This document shows, in pieces, positions 58,929-64,000 of a stretch of DNA of 64,000 bases. The position numbers and the translations under genes are program-made. Each line of letters starts with the position of its first letter. Within the stretch, counting starts at the first letter, position 1. Below the pieces are notes generated by a model. It worked only from the letters and a program-made list of their open reading frames with translations. It had not been told where the DNA came from and did no database searches. The DNA is from Amoebophrya sp. A120 (lineage: Eukaryota; Protista; Dinoflagellata), in assembly GCA_905178155.1 (NCBI GenBank), contig CAJINV010000001.1:3091675-3155674 (forward strand). The letters run 5' to 3'.

Positions 58929-61900
58929 TTAGAAAAAGATCGTCTGCACGAGGTAGACGAAATACAAAACCACGAGCACCCAGCCCATCCACTTTTCCAT
59001 TTTGAAGGAGTAGTACCCCACCATGCCGACGAGAACGACCAACGTGAATCCCATCCATGCGACGCCCACCCCGATGCCGTTCGCAGAGACGTCGTACGTT
59101 TCGGAAACTAAGCACTTCAGGGTCCATGGAACGGCCAGCGCCAGGAACACGTTCTGGATGTTGGACCTGATATTAGCATGAATTTGATAGAGCATTTGAT
59201 TTCAGTTTCGTTACCCTGCAGGAGCGTAGGATGCAAGAACTTTAGCAACGGCATGCGCCTTCGAGCATCGTAGCTCTAGCGGCGAGACTCAAGTTAAGAA
59301 TTCTTTTTCAGCGAACAAGCACGAGAAATTCATCAAAATCGATTCTAAGTACCCTAATGCGTTTGCAATGGCCATGGCGGACCGGTTCTCTCCGGCCATG
59401 ATCAAGGAGGCGTAGAAATTCGGGAACGAGGTTCCGACCGCGCAGAGAGTGATGCCGAGCAGCGCCGTGGAGATGCCGAACTCCTGGTGGATGATGTCGG
59501 CGACGGAGCACATCAGGTAGGAGAAAATCGCCAGCCAGACCATGCTCATGCAGAAGCACTCCGCCCACTTGTGCTCGTGCACGGGCACCTTCACGTCACA
59601 CCAGCCCATCGTGTACTCGAGGCAGAGCTCCAGTGGCAGGCAGATAGCGTGCAAAATCTTTTTGGTAATCGTGTCCGCGTTCTTCATCTCGGTCATCGCG
59701 ATCTCATATCAAGTGTAAAAATGTCTGGGTCTGGAAGATTGCCAGGTTGGTCATGCATATTTCTCATGATCCATGATGCCTGTAATGCATGACCTAGCAT
59801 CACAGACTTTTAGAGGGCTTCCTGATGCACCTTTCGCATGAGAAATGCCCTGTCCGTGTAGCACAAACCGGACCCCTCTTTCTGGTCATGCAATACAAAT
59901 TTTCTTAGAGTCCAAAATCAGCATGACGAGTTGCATTCTTCCAGACCCAGACACTTTTACATTTGATATCTCACCCGGTTTTATCTCACTCTGGAACACC
60001 ACCTTCCCCTTGGCTGGCATCTGGAGTTTGCGATGTATTTCTTTTTTCCATGGAAAGCAGGAGGGTGTCCCTTGCTGTTTGCCAACCCCCAAGAACGCCA
60101 ACTTTAAAAAACTTTCTTAAGAACTACAAATGACAAAAGGTCGTAAAAGCATTCATACTTTAACGATTCCAAACATTCTACGTACGTTCTTCTTTATTGC
60201 GTCGAGCACTTTGCGCTGGTAGGCCGGGTCTTTGAAGTAGATCTGGACCTCCATGAAGTCCAGCACCTCGTCGTCGCAATGCAGGCAGATCGGTAGGTCT
60301 TTCTCCTTCGTCTCCTCGAGCATCACGACGTCCTCAAAGCGGATGATCTTCTTGGTCTCCGTCTTGGACAACAGCGGGGCCTGGAAGGCAGGGTGGGCCT
60401 CCATGTCCCCGATAACCTCTAACCCCTCTGGCAGTACGTTGAAGCTGACCGCCTCCCTTGCGTCGAGGTTGTGCTCCAGCCGGTTGGGTTGGATGATCTG
60501 AGGAGATGAGATGATGTATGACGTGAAAAAGTGGATTGTGAATCATCAATTGCGACCGCCTTGTACTACTTTCATGAAAGTCTAGTAGTGTCTATCCCAT
60601 GCAAAAGAAAACCACTTAGCTGGTCCTCCACTAGACTCAAATGAAAACACATGATCTTCTTCATCTGCAGTAGATATCAAACGTAAATCACGGTGTCATG
60701 TATACCTTAATTTCCGCCTCATCCGGAGCCAAAGACATTCTGAGCTGCTCCTTCGTTACCGCTTCCGGTCCGACGGTGGCGCGCAGGGATTTCCGGCCGG
60801 CCGGACTTCGTGGCGCTTTTGGGAAAAATTTGTCCATGAATGGTTTGGTCAAGGTCATATGGATGTGTCAGAGTTGAAATCGACAAAGTTGAAATAATTT
60901 GTCATGCATAAAATGGATGCCAGTTGGAACCCAGTTTCCAAGTAGCGCATGACAAATTTCGGTGGTCCCTAAATCCAGTTTGTCATGCTGTTTAGGCAGA
61001 GAAGAGCGATTTTCTCATGCTACTTTAGCAAATCGAGCTGTAACCCCAAACAGGCTGACAATCGGCCTCATTTGCCTGCTCTGCAACACACGTGCCTCGG
61101 GTCATGCATTTTATGCATTACAAAGTATTTCAACTGTGACGATTTCAAACCTGACGCTTCCATAGGTCACGCAGATGGCGTACACGGCGCACATGACGAG
61201 CAGCGTTACCGCCTCGTGAAGCACGATCACGCTGTCCTGCAGCGCCCACGCGAGAAGGACGATGGACAGAGCGTAGAAGGCGCAGTCGCGGACAAAGGGC
61301 GCCTTCTCGATTTCCAGGGGGAGCACCGGACACGCGACAATGGAACCACCAACAATGCAGAGCAAGTTAAAAATCTCGGAGCCGACGATAGTACCTGTGT
61401 TTTGGTGAGGATATCGATCATTGGCGCACTGAACACAGGATAATTATGTGCGACAGACGCTAGCGTTTTGCTTTTGACGCAACTCCGGTTGACTGGCTAG
61501 TAGATCATTAGAATGGAAAAGGAGAATGGACCAAGTTGAACTTGTGCATAAATCCGCACGGAAAAAGTAGTAGAGTAAAAACATAATGGCTCAGGACTAC
61601 ACTTACCGACGCCGACGTCGTTGTGGGTGATGAAGATGGCGATGAAATTTGTAAACAACTCCGGTCCGTTGCAGCCCAGTGCCATCAAAGTCGCTCCGGC
61701 AACGTCCTCCGGGATACCGAAAGTCTCGACTACCACTTTGATACTCTGCACGAAATACTCGTCGCAAATTGTCGCTTGGGCGTAGAACATGTAGGCAATG
61801 ACCAACCACCAGCCCCTGTTGATAATTTTTTGCTCAAATAAGCCGCGGGCGGCTCATTCCAGTTCCAAAATAACAGAGAAATCAAAAATGGCACTAACGT

Positions 61901-62505
61901 AAATGCAGACCTGGAAGCAGAGCTCGTGGTCGATCAATTTATCAATTATGCTGCTTTTCTGTAAGTACCATCTCAGGATTCCGCCACCGGATTGCGGCTG
62001 TTCCTCGTCTAAAGTCTGCTCTGCATCTGCGGACGGGATCTCGTTCAAGCGCAGGGCCTGCTTTATTGTCTCTTCGGCGCCGGCAACGTTATCTTTCGCT
62101 GTTTCCAAAGCGCTCTCTGCGGTCTTTGCTGCGGCCTGCTTTGCTTCCGTCGCTTCCGTCGCGGCCAGTTCCTTTGCCTGTGCAACTTGTTGCTCCGCCG
62201 CCTGATTGGGTTTTTTTGGATTAACGCGTTTAGGTTTCAAGTAGGCCATCATCAAACGATCAACACGAACATCATAATTTCTTTAAAATCATCAGCAAAA
62301 CGAAACCAAATCGGAACAGAAGAGTTGTACTTAGAAACAGACACACAGCCTGTGATTCATTGCATTATTTGCAAGTGAAAACATCGAAAGTCTGTACCTT
62401 GACTTCTTCAACCGCTGCGGTTGCGGTGTATTTTTGCTCCTCTACTGCTTGTTCCGCGTTGGCGAGCGCGGCGAGCGACAGCACAACACCGCGTTTCGCG
62501 AGCAT
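58929..62505 (-). CDS. K+-dependent Na+/Ca2+ exchanger (NCKX/SLC24-like); 9 exons (6 GT-AG introns, 2 introners)
   Basis: Alpha-1 ICDEYF...AGATLMALGCNGPELF...GTIVGSEIFN; alpha-2 GITLCAVGTSFPN...NALGSNIQN. GT-AG introns 62202-62397, 61816-61968, 61395-61606, 60498-60705, 60021-60185, 59167-59352. Confidence 0.88.
59707..59968. mobile_element. TIR introner, family A (262-bp class, inverted relative to 11462 and 52293)
   Basis: TSD tctca; excision gives IKPGEI-AMTEMK. Confidence 0.93.
60858..61164. mobile_element. TIR introner, family G (307 bp, inverted relative to 33212)
   Basis: TSD ggtca; excision gives YAICVT-LTKPFMD. Confidence 0.93.
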
Positions 62506-63402
62506 TTTGCCTCCGTGATCTTGCGTCGATACCAAGAACAACTAAAGTTAAAGATGACAATTACGTCGCGGAATTAGTTATTGTACGAAGTGGATGGAAT
62601 GTCAAGCGATGAAATGAAGAGAAATCAATACAGTGTAGTGTGTTTGGTATGAAAGGCCACAGGTCAAATGGGGGTAGCTACACTACGAGCTCCACGTCTC
62701 TTCATCTCAAGGGCCCTGCTTGTGCCTGTTCAAAAGCGTATGTTGTAAGGAGGCAAAGATGCTCATAGAAAGCCTGAGGAACGAACAGGCTTCTTAGGCG
62801 GGGTCGAATATCATTCAACACCAAATGAGAACGGAAACACCGATATGAAAATGCTTCAGCTTGTTTTCATCTTGTAAGCAGTAGCTAGAAGACCGAAGAA
62901 GTTAGTTGTATGCCTCTCCGTAGCTAGTACATGTAGCGCTTGGCATGTTTGGGTCCTCAGCAGAACGGATACAAAAAGAATTGCCTGCCAGGAAGTGTAC
63001 GAAAAAACAACCGACAGCTTTTTGCTTTTCCAGTCACAGGAGAACGAAGTTCACACAGTTATTTGTGCGTTGTTTGTTTTGGTTTGGGAAAGGACGACAC
63101 GATAGCATCGGAGAAGCACGACCGACGCGGCGATTTCCGCTTTTCTCGTCGTGAAGATCGTTCGACCGATGTTGATTTCATTTCCATTCGCACGAAGAAC
63201 GAGCTGTATCTTTAGAAAGAGCACTTACTTCCACTCGCGTGGCCGTGTGCCTATTGCGAGTTACGAAGGGGTATGATTTGATTTTGTCGCTTGGTCGTCA
63301 TTTTGCGAATGCGCTGTCATTGATTTGTTTGTAGTGGTACAGATATGGAGGTCGCTGGTCGTACGAATAAATTTCAGGAGACTGCTCCGACATATATGCT
63401 TT

Positions 63403-63999
63403 TCAGCCCACGAACCCTGGAGGAGGATCCCAGCTACTTTCGCCCGTGAGCGTATTAAAGTAGTAAAAATCCCCGTCTTCGGTCGCGTACTTCCCCCAGC
63501 CCGGCTGCAGCTGCTGTTCGGGTGCAGAGTCTTGCTGTGCAGCAACCTCAACTTGATGTTCCGGCTGTGCAGTTGGTTGCGCATGCTGCGTACGCTGCTC
63601 TTCTTGCAGATGATTGGTCTGCGCTGTGGCTGTTGGTTGTGCGTGTGTCGCTAAATACTCCGCCGCTCTTCTGTCGGAAGTCTCCAGGAGGTGCTGGGTT
63701 GGATCAGAGGTGAAACTTTGCTGTGGTTGCGGCTGCGACTGTGGTGCAACGTACTGATTACTATGGGTTGCTGTACTCTTACTATAGGAATCGCCTACTT
63801 GGTAGTTATGAAAGGTTGCGTTCGCCGAAGATGCCGAAGATGCTGGTCCACTGGTCGAATAATGCTGCTGCTGCTGATACCTTTGCGTAGTATCCATGCC
63901 GACGACCTGTTGCTGTAAAGACGACGCCGTGGTAGACACCCCTACCCCTTGCTGTGCTTGCGGCTGAGATGAGGATGAGGATGTCGTTGCAGCTCCTGA
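63403..63999 (-). CDS. 3' end of a Gln/Ser-rich protein with a C-terminal WW domain
   Basis: LQPGWGKYATEDGDFYYFNTLTGESSWDPP; frame open to the window edge. Confidence 0.85.
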   Translation of the reverse strand, partial: SGAATTSSSSSQPQAQQGVGVSTTASSLQQQVVGMDTTQRYQQQQHYSTSGPASSASSANATFHNYQVGDSYSKSTATHSNQYVAPQSQPQPQQSFTSDPTQHLLETSDRRAAEYLATHAQPTATAQTNHLQEEQRTQHAQPTAQPEHQVEVAAQQDSAPEQQLQPGWGKYATEDGDFYYFNTLTGESSWDPPPGFVG

Positions 64000-64000
64000 A

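Noticed and set aside
9787-61164. 10-bp or nucleosome periodicity in element lengths (143-153, 204, 225, 235, 252, 262, 280, 306)
   Set aside because: Some pairs differ by 10 bp but the series is not consistently periodic, and the sample is small
61854-61856. In-frame TGA read-through or selenocysteine in NCKX
   Set aside because: It falls inside GT-AG intron 61816-61968, whose removal gives a normal first TM helix
1-64000. Numerous plus-strand ORFs in the ORF track
   Set aside because: They are antisense shadows of GC3-rich minus-strand exons with no motifs of their own

Overview
This is eukaryotic genomic DNA, not prokaryotic. About 22 protein-coding genes, all on the minus strand, are interrupted by ordinary GT-AG introns and by many non-canonical ones. 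Co-oriented genes, long Ser/Thr/Ala-rich insertions and non-canonical introns with inverted plus direct repeats fit the parasitic dinoflagellate Amoebophrya (Syndiniales); this is an inference, not a database hit. The dominant system is 22 MITE-like elements of 143-308 bp in about 8 terminal families. Each has terminal inverted repeats (TIRs) ending TAY...RTA (one end TGT), a 5-bp target-site duplication (TSD) and a shared internal TTTGTVATGC motif. 21 of the 22 sit in coding exons, and removing the element plus one TSD copy restores each reading frame. None can be GT-AG in any register, and four families occur in both orientations. Recognisable genes: PAM18 J-protein, DHHC palmitoyltransferase, PEP mutase, ankyrin protein, DUF3431 protein, histidine acid phosphatase, DEAH helicase, isovaleryl-CoA dehydrogenase, a class-III aminotransferase fused to a membrane domain, guanine deaminase, HAD hydrolase, NCKX exchanger and a WW-domain protein. 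An accessory region at 36-51.5 kb holds a GC-rich island with a 550-bp palindrome flanked by iteron-like repeats, plus a tandem duplication of putative secreted orphan genes. Exon boundaries were worked out by hand and may be off by a few bases.
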